Of a stretch of DNA of 64,000 nt, positions 11,794-23,376 are shown in pieces (the first letter of the stretch is position 1; each line of letters starts with the position of its first letter). This stretch comes from Eledone cirrhosa (taxonomy: Eukaryota), in the NCBI GenBank assembly GCA_964016885.1, contig OZ024742.1, positions 332,258,001 to 332,322,000 on the forward strand. Direction: 5' to 3'. A program made the position numbers and the translations under genes. The notes beneath the pieces are model-generated. The model was given only the letters and a program-made list of their open reading frames with translations. It did no database searches and had not been told where the DNA came from.

Positions 11794-12649
11794 TTAAACG
11801 AAGAGAATCTAAAATTGGCAATCAATTACACATTAAGCTCAATAACTTTACGTCTTTTTTAGATAGAAATATAGAAAACCTGTCATTTAAGAATAAAAGA
11901 AAGGGTGACATATGCAACACAAAGAATAGAAAGAAATGCAGATGATACAAAAGAGGTCTTAAACCATTTAAGGATTTACAATTGTTTCAATACAACATTG
12001 GTAATATACAAATGCCAGCACAATATAGTATTATAAAATGATGGATAAGATATATATAGCTAGGTATGACTGATTGTTGTATGGAGGAAGGAAATGCGTT
12101 AATCTACAAATGTATGTTAATGTGTGGACGCCGCATAGCTGAATATTTAAGAAGTCCTGTTTGCCATAGCTTTGCTCTGACACAATTTTGTGACTGAAAT
12201 TAAGAAGTTAGAAAATGAGGAAGCCTGTCAAGTGCGAGTGTACCAGTAATTTAATGAAAATGTCAATATATGTGAACCATACCTACAATTCAAATAGTCA
12301 GCCTTGTCATATACATTCTCGCTGAATGTCAGTGTATACGTGTCTGTAATCCTCCGTCAGTTGCACGTATATTTCATGAACATGCCTACTTTTCATGGAA
12401 CAACTGGAATAGTGATCGTTGAAACCGACGGAAGCCACATTCATTCCATAGATACAACTATATATATTAGAGGAAAACGTATTCAACACGCAATATTACA
12501 CATGCGCACTACATACACAGGCATTAATATACACACCCGAACTAAACAACGCAAACTACTCATAAACCGACATATACAAATACTTTTATCAAAACACATA
12601 ACCAAGCACACAATACATAGAACAACACATATGCACACTCAGCCAAGAA

Positions 12650-12770
<121 letters not shown>

Positions 12771-12842
12771 AGATGTGTGTGTGTGTGCATATATAAGGTT
12801 TGAGTGGTGTTAGTTTATACATGTATATATACACGTGCATCA

Positions 12843-12878
<36 letters not shown>

Positions 12879-12886
<8 letters not shown>

Positions 12887-13515
12887 CTGTGGTTGTCTGT
12901 CTGTCTATCGATTTTTGGCACACATCTCCTCTTGGAATCTCTGACGGAATTGCACCGAAATTGCTATACTTGTACATTGAGCCCTAGCGAAGACATCGGA
13001 AAAAAAATATTTCAAATTGACCCACCCTATGTGACGAAATCGAATCTAATGTATCGATTTTTGAGCGTAAGTGACGAGTTATTTCCCTTTGTTCTGTTTA
13101 CATTGAGCGTCTTACGTTCTGTTTACATTTTCTGCGTGCCAAAATTAAAAAAATTACGCTGGCTTTCTCAGCGTTTAAAATGACATTAACACAATACACG
13201 AACAGTTGTCGAGCCAGCAAAATTTTGACCTGCAAAATTCATCAGTTCGAACACTAAGCTTCCGTTTTGCTTCATTTCCATTTAAAAGCCTTTTAAAACA
13301 ATATTTTTACTTGAAAACAAGTTTATTTAAAGACTACGTAAAACAAGCAAATATTTCGTAAAAAAAAATCAAAAATTATATAAGTTTATTTAAAATATAT
13401 GTATCTGTAAATTTCGTTAGGCGTGCAGACAGACTTTAAGCCAAAAAAGAAACTTAACATTGTAACTTTAACACAGCTACTGAGCGACCCCGAGCAACGC
13501 CGGGCTTTACTGCTA

Positions 13516-13516
<1 letters not shown>
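12879..13516 (+). mobile_element. Non-autonomous Helitron
   Basis: 5' (TA)n-TAAAGCTG..(GTCT)n head. 3' subterminal hairpin CCCGAGCAACGCCGGG followed 8 nt later by CTAG|T. The 5' boundary is blurred by the TA tract. Confidence 0.75.
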
Positions 13517-13558
<42 letters not shown>

Positions 13559-14250
13559 TCGCCTATGTATACTAATGTATATTTAATTAAATAAACGCAT
13601 GCATACACATACACATATATCTACATACACAGACAAATAATCTGCCGCCATTTTTGTCGTTCATTTTGCCTGTTTTATTCTCTATTTGTTGTTCTTCTTG
13701 TTTTTTTATGAAATGATTAATAAAGTGGAAAGAAATTGTTTAAATGTAACAATAACAAAACATCAAAAATCTAAACTCAACGTAATACAACAACTGAAAG
13801 AAGAGATAAGATATTCAAGAGAAAACTACTTCGGAATTTGTCGTAAACTTCCATGAATAGGAAGTGGGAATCATTTAACAAAATGTATGGTTATATATAT
13901 TTTGTTTAGCTCTCAATTTCCTTCAATGACATTGAATTATTATTAGAAATACTTCATATATAGAAATTCAGATTTTTATGTGTTTTTTTTTTTTGTAAGT
14001 CTTCATAACATTCATATATACTTCGTATATATTTCAGTCCACCTATCACCCCTCTGTATTTAAAGTTATATAATTCTATTTCTCTCATCTCCTCTCCCTT
14101 TTTCTCTATCTTTTCAACATATTTACTATAGAGAATAAATTGTTAACGTCCTTCAGTATATATATATAATTGCCCACATATGTGTCCGATATTTTATTTT
14201 ATATCTATTCTACAAACAGAATTGTTAAATGTTAATAACCTTTCATATAC

Positions 14251-14302
<52 letters not shown>

Positions 14303-14375
14303 TGTCATGTTATATAGAAAGTCTATTCGTAGAGAATCTGATGTGTATTAATGTGTATTACATGTTTATGTAAAA

Positions 14376-14427
<52 letters not shown>

Positions 14428-14431
<4 letters not shown>

Positions 14432-14635
14432 GGTAACACAACAGTTAGTTCACCATACCGAGAACAATTGTTTCACTTTAGCGGATCCTCAGCTCGTAAA
14501 CATTTACGAGGTGAGTATCTGCTAAGCTGAAACAATTGTTCTCCGTATGGTGAACTAATTGTTGTGTTACCACTTGTACCTAACTCTTCCCATGGACTGA
14601 GTGCTCTACCACTACGGATATTACCTTGTAGTGTT
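14428..14635. mobile_element. Small asymmetric fold-back element with minimal hammerhead-like motif
   Basis: Arms ~14432-14500 and 14502-14571, extension to ~14635, flanked by (TA)n and (TC)n(TA)n. The minus strand at 14459-14496 reads CGAG-CTGAGGA-N11-GAAA-CAATTG-TT-CTCG, but stem II pairs poorly. Confidence 0.7.
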
Positions 14636-14657
14636 CTCTCTCTCTCTCTCTCTCTCT

Positions 14658-14772
<115 letters not shown>

Positions 14773-14872
14773 GATAAATGTATGATCATAGGGAATATGT
14801 ATGCTGGTGCATATACAGAATGTCTATATAAACATGACTTTACATCAATTTAACATCAGTTTCTTTCTGAAC

Positions 14873-14948
14873 TCTCTCTGATGAAATGCATTAGAAAAAT
14901 AACACAGAATCCATCAATTCATAATGTATTGAAAGGTGTGTAAGATAA
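14873..14948 (+). ncRNA. Hammerhead motif in the upstream pseudo-LTR (partly decayed)
   Basis: TCT-CTGATGA-AATGCATTA..TAATGTATT-GAAA-GGTGTG-TA-AGA with a 9-bp stem II. The downstream copy (~17227-17333) keeps palindromic CACGTG but has a mutated core (CTGTGGA). Confidence 0.6.
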
Positions 14949-15286
14949 TCTTAAGTAGCAATAAATGTATCATTGAACATCAAAACATGTGCCTTGTTTT
15001 TACTAATAATCGCTTTATCATTAAACTCCTTGGATACGCATATTGAACCAATATATCTTACTTGGTAACACAATTCATATCAACCAGTTATTTACGATAA
15101 ACAGTTAGTTCCATTGACTACATAGAGTAAAACTGGAAAGGAAAGATGCCTTTTCCTTTTTGTCTACGCACAATACAATACAATACAAAAGCATGAAGGT
15201 GCCTACAAAATGCGGATATCTTTATTTTATCTCGTATATTTCTGCTCCTGTATCATCGTACCAAGCCGCCATTTGATAAACATCTA

Positions 15287-16330
15287 ATGGACAAATTATA
15301 CCTAGGTATATCTGGGAAGAATATCCCAATTAATACCTCATTAAAACGACTACCTCAAATGCCTAATATAAAAAACACATGATTTTGTTCGTCTAGTTAG
15401 AAGGAGGGCATTCCATTTTCTTAAGGAAATGGCTTATGCGAATAAAAATCGGAGCCCTAACGAAGATGATAGTTACGGTTTTAAATCTTACAAGAACCCA
15501 CCACATAACTTAGACTGGGATACCTTTGAACCAGACATAATGGATATGGTTAATACAATTATGTTCCACAAACATAGACACCGGAACGACATTCAGAAGA
15601 ATCCTCAGTCAATAATGAACGAATTATGTAAAACACACGGTCTAGATATCCGCGCGGATAAAACTAGAAACATCTACTCAATGGAAATTAACAATTAAAA
15701 AAAAAAGGGAATCACATAAAAAAGTATAAAATGTGGATGTCAATCTTTAAGATCATCAAAAAGGAAGGAGTAGTGATAGTAAATAGGTTTAGTATAGCGG
15801 ACCGTACAAAACCATTCAAACCTAGACAGCCCACATTTATCTAAAAGGCTCACAAAATGACTTTCAGACTAACCCTGCAATTAGATTTATCTGCCCCTCT
15901 AAATTGAAAATAGGACGTATTAACGAAGACATATTAAATTGAGTACTAAATCAGAAAAAAGTGTAGACTGATAATTATATTCTGGGGCAACACCGATGAG
16001 GTAATAATGCCCTCATGTTCGCAATGCGGATCTGTGATTAAACTAGTGAAAAAACTAATATAGTGTTGCAGCTAGACGCTCAGTATTCATATTCGATAAT
16101 GAATATTGGACGAATAATATCAATAACTTCGACATAAAAATCGGCTCCAGCGACTCGTTCCGGGTTACAGGCTTAATCAGAGTTTATCTAATGCATAACT
16201 TTAATATTGAATTTACAGAACTTTACGGTGGATTCTATAGATATGAGGCTCTTCAACTAGTCAAAAATATTAATGGACAACATGAAAAATGTACAAAAAT
16301 GGTATGACATCCTTCTTCAGACGCATGGGT
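15287..16330 (+). pseudogene. PLE N-terminal region and RT, heavily decayed
   Basis: MDKLYLGISGKNIP; SYGFKSYKNPP; IRADKTRNIYSM; DFQTNPAIRFICPSKLKIGRI; FWGNTDEVI; NFDIKIGSSDS; GGFYRYE (a decayed YRDD). Multiple frameshifts. Confidence 0.8.
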
Positions 16331-17520
16331 ATGGAAAATCTTATTAGAACACAATTCCAATGGCCAACACAGAATCTTTAAAACTTTCTCTAAATACAAT
16401 GAATACTTGCTCAACTATTCCCATTTAACAATCTCACTCATATAAACATTCCCAAATTAACCCACATAAGGTAATATATGTACTATAATACCAACATATC
16501 CACTAACCATATTCAATAGACACATTTCATTGTTATACACGCGTAACTGCAAGTACATTATGTAGCATTACATTTCAGGTAATATGCGTATTGAAGCATT
16601 AACGTCAAATTAATACAACACAAGCAAATAATGTATAAATTACACAACCCACACTACAAACTATTACGATTATACAAAAATTAGACCCCACACTTCAAAG
16701 CCGCTATTTCCTTCAGCTCCCATAAATTCCCTATAATCGTCACCTCTTCTTCATACCACTCCTTCCCTACCTCATATCTGTATTCGGGGATTCCAATTCC
16801 TACGAGTTTATGCCTCACTCTATCAACTGATTGGGCAAAAGTCAAGGATCCATCTACAAGACTATGTACATCCCCATAATGCTTCAACTATTTATCTTAA
16901 CATATAAGTCTATCAATAACCACACCTTATTTACCTAATGATCCATTAACATCATCTATTGGCTAATATCAAGTATAACGACCATCCTACTAATGTATCA
17001 TAATTTGAATACACACTGTACAATACACGTACGCTATGTATCCTAAAGTGTGAGCTTGCGTGCATGTATGAGTGTTTATATATGTTTACATGTGCATGTA
17101 AACGAAGATGAATCTATAGTCATAAATGCATGGATGTGAGGAATATGTATGTTTGTATATGTATAGAATTCCTATATAAACATCATTTTACACCCATTTG
17201 AAATCATTGTTTTTCATGACCAGTCTCTGTGGAAATGCATTAAAAAAGTAGTGCAGTGTGAAATAATGAATTATATAATAATACGGATTATACATGATGT
17301 TAGTTATGTAATATATTGAAACACGTGGAGAGAATCTCAAGTATTAATAAATGTGCCATTGAAAATCAACAAATATACAAATGTGCTTTGTTTTTCTAAT
17401 AACGAATCTCTCTCTCTCTCTATCTCTCTCTCTCTCTATGTATATATATATATATATGTCCCAAGGCTCTGATACCATCAACACTATAAACACAGAGCTG
17501 GCATATCTAAGAACTGACTA

Positions 17521-17576
17521 ATTGCCTGATGAGTTCATAGCCATTCAATGGCTATCATCGAAATATATATAGCAGT
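17521..17576 (+). ncRNA. Type I hammerhead ribozyme in a ~165-bp non-coding insert (17458-17621) between (TA)n tracts
   Basis: ATTGC-CTGATGA-GTTC-ATAGCCATT-C-AATGGCTAT-CATC-GAAA-TATATA-TA-GCAGT. The core is intact, stem I is 5 bp, the inner stem II is 9 bp, and stem III is palindromic. Confidence 0.78.
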
Positions 17577-17617
17577 AAATAAAGGATTATGAGTTCATGC
17601 AATTGACTTATGTTTCG

Positions 17618-17682
<65 letters not shown>

Positions 17683-17684
<2 letters not shown>

Positions 17685-17948
17685 TTATGCTGACCGGATA
17701 ACCATGTTGCTTGTTTTTTTTCCTATCTCCGGTTTGCTTTTAAACTTCTATGTTGTTTACTTGTCTCACTCGCTTTACACGACTCACTTGTCCCAATAGG
17801 TTTTTTAGTTACTGCTCGCACCAACCTGAGGTATATGATTTTTAATGCGACGAAATACCAATGATGGTTGGCAAATCACTGACGAGGGACTAATTTTATA
17901 ATATGTAACCCATGTGCAACCACGCAGTATCCCTCTTTATTCTCATGT

Positions 17949-17950
<2 letters not shown>
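17683..17950 (+). repeat. Diverged copy (opposite orientation) of the 19521-20714 repeat family
   Basis: CTCGCACCAACCTGAGGTATATG..GCGACGAAATACC..GGTTGG..TCACTGACGAGGGACT..ATGTAACCCATGTGCAAC aligns to the reverse complement of ~20225-20430. Confidence 0.7.
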
Positions 17951-18032
<82 letters not shown>

Positions 18033-18528
18033 ATATATATATGTGTGTGTGTGTGTTAGGTAATTCCGAATGTAAAGCAAAGGAGAAAAGAGTGCTCTAT
18101 GTATTGAACAGAGCTATCTAATTAGAAAGTGAAGAACACAAAATATAACTACTTCATTACCAAAGGCAATCCCAGACAATAATCGTATACGTCTGGATTG
18201 GTCGTCAGAGAGAGATGTTAAATATATATTCTAATTAAATACTACATAGCTAGAATAAACGTTGATCATAACTTTAATTAATAAGCGTTATTAAATTGAT
18301 AAGCCCTAATTTCACTCATATAATATTTATTCGAGTCAAAATATGAGTATTAATTATAGCAGTCAAACTAACCATATATAGTATATGTATATTAACAAAA
18401 TATTTTACACGACTAGTCTTCCATAATTCTTAACGTTTTCCCGACTATATGCAAAGCTTATTTAGATTTTTTAATTTTCATGTCTGGAGTCACTAAACAT
18501 GTGTTTGGCAAATATTTATACATATATA

Positions 18529-19299
18529 CTAGCAGCAGTACCGAGCGTTGCCTGGGTAGGTAAAATAATATCTTCTTTGATGAAAAGGTGTTGATCTTAG
18601 CCCCTGCGAGTTTCTTGAAAATCGGTCGTAAGGTGTAGCAAATGGCGAAATGTTGAGTGAAATCGTATGGAATATGTAGGAGGTGGAAAAAGTCGTACTC
18701 TGAAGAGTCAAACGGCTGCGACGCCCTCCCTAAATAAAAATGCAAAGTGTAAAGCTACTATAAGATGTGCAATGATAGGTTCTATCGTAGTATAAAAGTT
18801 GAACCAAATAAATTGATTTATGTGTGAGGTGGAGCCGAAGTTTCGAATTTGAACGAAATCGGTTGAAAAATGTGGGATTTAGAGCCGAAAAGGCGGAAAT
18901 TTGAACGAAAAGGTGGTATTTTCAAATATTTCAGCGGCTGCCGCGCCTTTTCTGTAAAACAAATGCAAAATATAAAGCCATGACACGATATGCAATGATA
19001 AATTCTGTTTTGCTTTAAAATTTGAACGAAATCGGTGGCAAAATATGGGAGCCAGAACCAAACATCTTATTTTTTTATACCTAAAAATAGGTGACCCCCC
19101 CCCCCCTATCGATTGTTATCTGCAGAATGACCCCGGAATAAAAGAAAAAAACGATACGCTGATATATAGAAAACAGTCCCCGAGGACTAACCTATGCGCC
19201 TGTAAAGTTTCAGGATAATCGGTCGTAAGATGTAGACCCCTATAGGTAATACACAGACACACAGACAAACACACATACTTAATTTCATATATATACAGA
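18529..19299 (-). mobile_element. Non-autonomous Helitron
   Basis: The minus strand begins TC-TGTATATATATGAAATT..(TGTC)n and ends ACCCAGGCAACGCTCGGT-ACTGCTG-CTAG|T. Internal subrepeats TTTGAACGAAA(TCGGT) occur three times. Confidence 0.75.
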
Positions 19300-19383
19300 C
19301 ATATTTATATAATAATTATAACGTCCCATTTACTGTAGGTTCACCAGTGTAATGAAGACAACACACGTTCGTTTTTATTATTA

Positions 19384-19439
<56 letters not shown>

Positions 19440-19520
19440 TATAGATATAGATATATATATATATACATACATATATATACATATATATAGATATAGATAT
19501 ATACATACATACATATATAT

Positions 19521-20711
19521 ATATGAAAAAGTGAGTCCTTCATCAGTGACCCTCCAACCGTCCTCGGCATTTCATCGCTTTAAGGGCCATATGCCTCAGG
19601 TTGGTGCGAACAACGGCTAAAAAAAGTCGTTGGGACACGTAAATAAAGGGGGACGCTAGAGTAACAACAAAAAGGTTTAAGCAACGGAAAGTGAGTAGAA
19701 ATAGACAAGTCCCAGATCTCTATGAATATAAACTCTGTGAAATCGTGAACAAGAGACGAAAGACCATCAGACCTGGTTGAAATGTGAGCAAGGAAAGAAT
19801 TTCGCCCAAGTTTGACGGGGGGAAAAAGAGAGAGAGAGAGAAAGAAAAAGGAGAGAAGAGGAAGAAAAAGAAGAAGAAGAAGAAGAAGAAGAAGAAGAAG
19901 AAGAAGATAAGGGGGTCTGGTCTACGAATTCGGTAAACGCAAGTTTTGTGAAGTCGCAGACGAAAGAGAGAGAGAAAAAATTCCATACCAGCTCGGTCAA
20001 GACTGCGCGAGAAAAGAATTACACACAGGTCAAACTTGAAGGAGGAGGAGGAAAGAGGAGGAAAGAGGAGGAGGAGAGGTAGTGACAGAGAATGAGTGAG
20101 TGAAAGTTGAGGAGAGAGTAATAGAGAGGGAGACTGCTAGAAGTGGTAAAGATACAAGGAACGAAACAGACGAAGGCAGCATGGAAAAATTATATGTGTA
20201 AATATGATGATAATAATGGAGCTGCGGCGTTGCAAATGGGATACATATGAAAAAGTGAGTCCTTCATCAGTGACCCTCCAACCGTCCTCGGCATATCATC
20301 GCTTTAAGGGCCATATGCCTCAGGTTGGTGCGAACAACGGCTAAAAAAAGTCGTTGGGACACGTAAATAAAGGGGGACGCTAGAGTAACAACAAAAAGGT
20401 TTAAGCAACGGAAAGTGAGTAGAAATAGACAAGTCCCAGATCTCTATGAATATAAACTCTGTGAAATCGTGAACAAGAGACGAAAGACCATCAGACCTGG
20501 TTGAAATGTGAGCAAGGAAAGAATTTCGCCCAAGTTTGACGGGGGGGGGGGGGGAAAGAGAGAGAGAGAGAGAAAGAAAAAGGAGAGAAGAGGAAGAATA
20601 ATAATAATAAGAAGAAGATAAGGGGGTCTGGTCTACGAATTCGGTAAACGCAAGTTTTGTGAAGTCGCAGACGAAAGAGAGAGAGAAAAAAATTCCATAC
20701 CAGCTTGGTCA

Positions 20712-20714
<3 letters not shown>
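19521..20714 (-). mobile_element. Non-coding partial tandem (about 1.65 units of ~724 bp) inserted in (TA)n, probably PLE-derived
   Basis: Near-identical direct repeats 19521-20002 and 20245-20714 are separated by a unique 242 bp. They differ mainly in (GAA)n and poly-G lengths. Confidence 0.7.
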
Positions 20715-20765
<51 letters not shown>

Positions 20766-20992
20766 GATCGAGTATCGAAAAATCGGCGCACGAGTTCACG
20801 ATAAACAAAATTCGAAATGAGCGGCAGAGGGCTCAATAATTCAGATGAATCAGAGGCTATAACTATCGTTAAAATACCGTCACATATAGAACAAGTCTAC
20901 AATCAACCATACGATAAAAAATCGATAATAGAAGATTCGGGACAAACAGATAAAAAATATCAATAAAACAATACATCAATAATTTAAATGAA

Positions 20993-21053
<61 letters not shown>

Positions 21054-21057
<4 letters not shown>

Positions 21058-22110
21058 AACGAGTAGGACACCGACGGCTGAGCTCAAGCCGTTTCGACGG
21101 CTAATTCTGGACAGATATAAAAGAAGATCTTAGGTCTACCTTTGCAAGCAGGGGTTACCCATTACAAAATCGGCAAGTGGGGTGTTATATCCCTAGTCTA
21201 CCCCCCCCCCCCGGGTCATTATGGGGTTTGAGGGCGAGGTAAGTCCTACGCAATCTGTGTTTACATGCAGTTACCAGTTCATCTTTCTTCTTTAGGAGTT
21301 GGTCCGTCGAAAACATTATTTGTAAAGTTTCCTCCGAGGATAAATTGCACGGACGGCGTCCTCCCCTGTAAGAGTTGGCTCTGGACAGTAAGCTCCAAGT
21401 GAGATCATAGGTAATATTGTTATCCTTGAGGTCCCATATGTGGCCCGAAAGTGTAGTGGCGTGACGCCGGGCCGGGTTCGGAAGGTATGTCTGTGTTGGT
21501 ATAGCCGGGTCTTGAAGTCACATGCGGTTAATCCTATATAAGCTTTGTTGGAGGTGTCCGTCCTCACGTTGCACTGGTAGATCACATTACGGTCTCTGCA
21601 TCTGTTGTCGAGGGGGAAAATGGATCCATTAGGACAGTTGCACCTCCTGGTCGGCTCTCCACTTCTATTTAGGCTATTTCTTCCATAGGGGTTGAGTTTT
21701 TTGTTGTTAGAGGAGACGATGTTTTGTGCAAAGTTTGGTGTGGTGCTGTAGGAGAGTTTGATGGTATTTTTGTTAATTATGTTATGGTAGCGGTGTTGTA
21801 GTGGGAAGTGTTTTCAATGAGCATAAAGAAGCTTTTCCCGATAGGAGTTGTCACCTCGGCGTTGTGGGGAGGATTGAACCATGTTACATTGCGTGAGCGG
21901 CGGTGTCGCTTGCTGGTTCCGCTAATGGAAGCTGGACAGTAGGATATTGCCTCCCGGAAACCACTCCGCTTGAGGGCCTGAATTAGCCGTCGAAACGGCT
22001 TGAGCTCAGCCGTCGGGGTCCTACTCGTTCCTATTACCCACTCTACTACCCTAAGTATTGAGTACTTTGGTGCGTTATGGTCCACCTGGTTTCTTACCAC
22101 ATTTCCTTCG

Positions 22111-22113
<3 letters not shown>
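21054..22113 (-). mobile_element. 5'-truncated Penelope-like element with inverted termini
   Basis: Inverted 54-bp repeats at 21054-21107 and 21980-22033, plus an extension to 22113. GIY-YIG remnant inside, (TA)n on both sides. Confidence 0.88.
21265..21977 (-). pseudogene. PLE linker and GIY-YIG endonuclease remnant
   Basis: ALKRSGF..RNVTWFNPPHNAEVTTPIGKSFF; CNCPNG..PLDNRC; VIYQCNVRTDTSNKAYIGLTACDFKTRLYQHRHTF. Frameshifted. Confidence 0.88.
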
Positions 22114-22169
<56 letters not shown>

Positions 22170-22172
<3 letters not shown>

Positions 22173-22358
22173 GGAGGTGGATTGGCAGTATCGATAGAGG
22201 GTCGGACACCATGCTTTCCAGCATAGTTACGTCCCTTTAGGATCTGAGTTGAGATCCCGCCGAGGTTGACTTTGCCTTTCCTCCTTACGGGGTCGATAAA
22301 ATAAAGTACAAGTAATGCCCTGGGTAATTACTGGCCTTGTGCATAACGTAGAAACAAT
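22170..22358 (+). mobile_element. tRNA-derived SINE (Meta-SINE-like)
   Basis: A-box-like TGGCAGTATCGATAG, B-box-like GAGTTGAGATCCC, then GGTTGACTTTGCCTTTCCTCCTTACGGGGTCGATAAAATAAAGTAC and the tail GGCCTTGTGCATAACGTAGAAACAATTA. Confidence 0.8.
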
Positions 22359-22446
22359 TATTATATATATATATATATACATTTCCTTCCTTTGCAAGGT
22401 TTTTATATGAAATAGTGTGTTGAAACACACGAAAGAACTCTGTTAG

Positions 22447-22594
<148 letters not shown>

Positions 22595-23090
22595 CATACA
22601 TATAGATATATATATATATATAGTGTAAAAGTTGGACGGGGACAAAAACAGAAAGTCAAACAAAGTAAAGGTTTATTAGGTTCACGCTCTTGAGAGAGGA
22701 GGTGGGGAACATAGTTATATCTATATTTTTAACCGTTTGTCAATCAATAGTAAACATTGATTGCCAGATAAATAAACTATAGAGATATAAAAGGTAGAGA
22801 AGCGAAAGCCAATCCAAACCAAACAGTGAGTATATTTCTGGCAATATTATAACAATAATATATATATATATCATAAAACATGTCTTTAGAATCACTAGAT
22901 ATAATATATACCATTTCCTCTCCCAATTAGCATAATTAACCATATAAAAAATCAATTAGACCAAGCTATAAGAATAAAGGCGCCTGTGAAGAAATCTCCG
23001 ACAAATAACCGAAAGCAGCCCCTTCGCGGCGGCTACGATGGAAATTATTATATAGTTGAAAATTGCAAACTTGACTGTCACCACACATTA

Positions 23091-23129
23091 TGAACCTGAA
23101 GATTGCGAAAGCATGAAAATACTTGTTCA
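23091..23129 (+). ncRNA. Minimal type I hammerhead motif
   Basis: TGAAC-CTGAAGA-T-TGC-GAAA-GCA-T-GAAA-ATAC-TT-GTTCA. Perfect 5-bp stem I, GNRA-capped stem II, and a 4-nt stem III one change from palindromic. Confidence 0.65.
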
Positions 23130-23269
23130 ACATTTAATATTCTATCATAATATTTAATTATAATACCATTATAAATTTTAAAGGATTGTAAATAAAACGA
23201 GTAAATCAGACAAAGTTGGAATTCCTCTTATTAATATAATCTTCTATACACAATCATACACACCCGTGT

Positions 23270-23376
<107 letters not shown>

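Larger units (their letters stand above)
14795..17405 (+). mobile_element. Old Penelope-like element with diverged direct pseudo-LTRs
   Basis: 14795-15012 and 17144-17405 are colinear diverged repeats (CTATATAAACAT..CTCTG.TGGAAATGCATTA..TATTGAAA..AATAAATGT.CATTGAA..ATGTGC.TTGTTTT.CTAATAA) that flank RT remnants. Confidence 0.75.

Noticed and set aside
11965-12045. GAAA-CAATTG-TA on the minus strand; similar partial motifs at ~12420, ~29850 and ~32840
   Set aside because: Only a 3' half or a badly mutated core is present. These are probably truncated or decayed HHRs but are not called individually.
19521-20714. LTR retrotransposon/TRIM
   Set aside because: No TG..CA termini, PBS or identifiable TSD are seen, and the ends lie in TA tracts.
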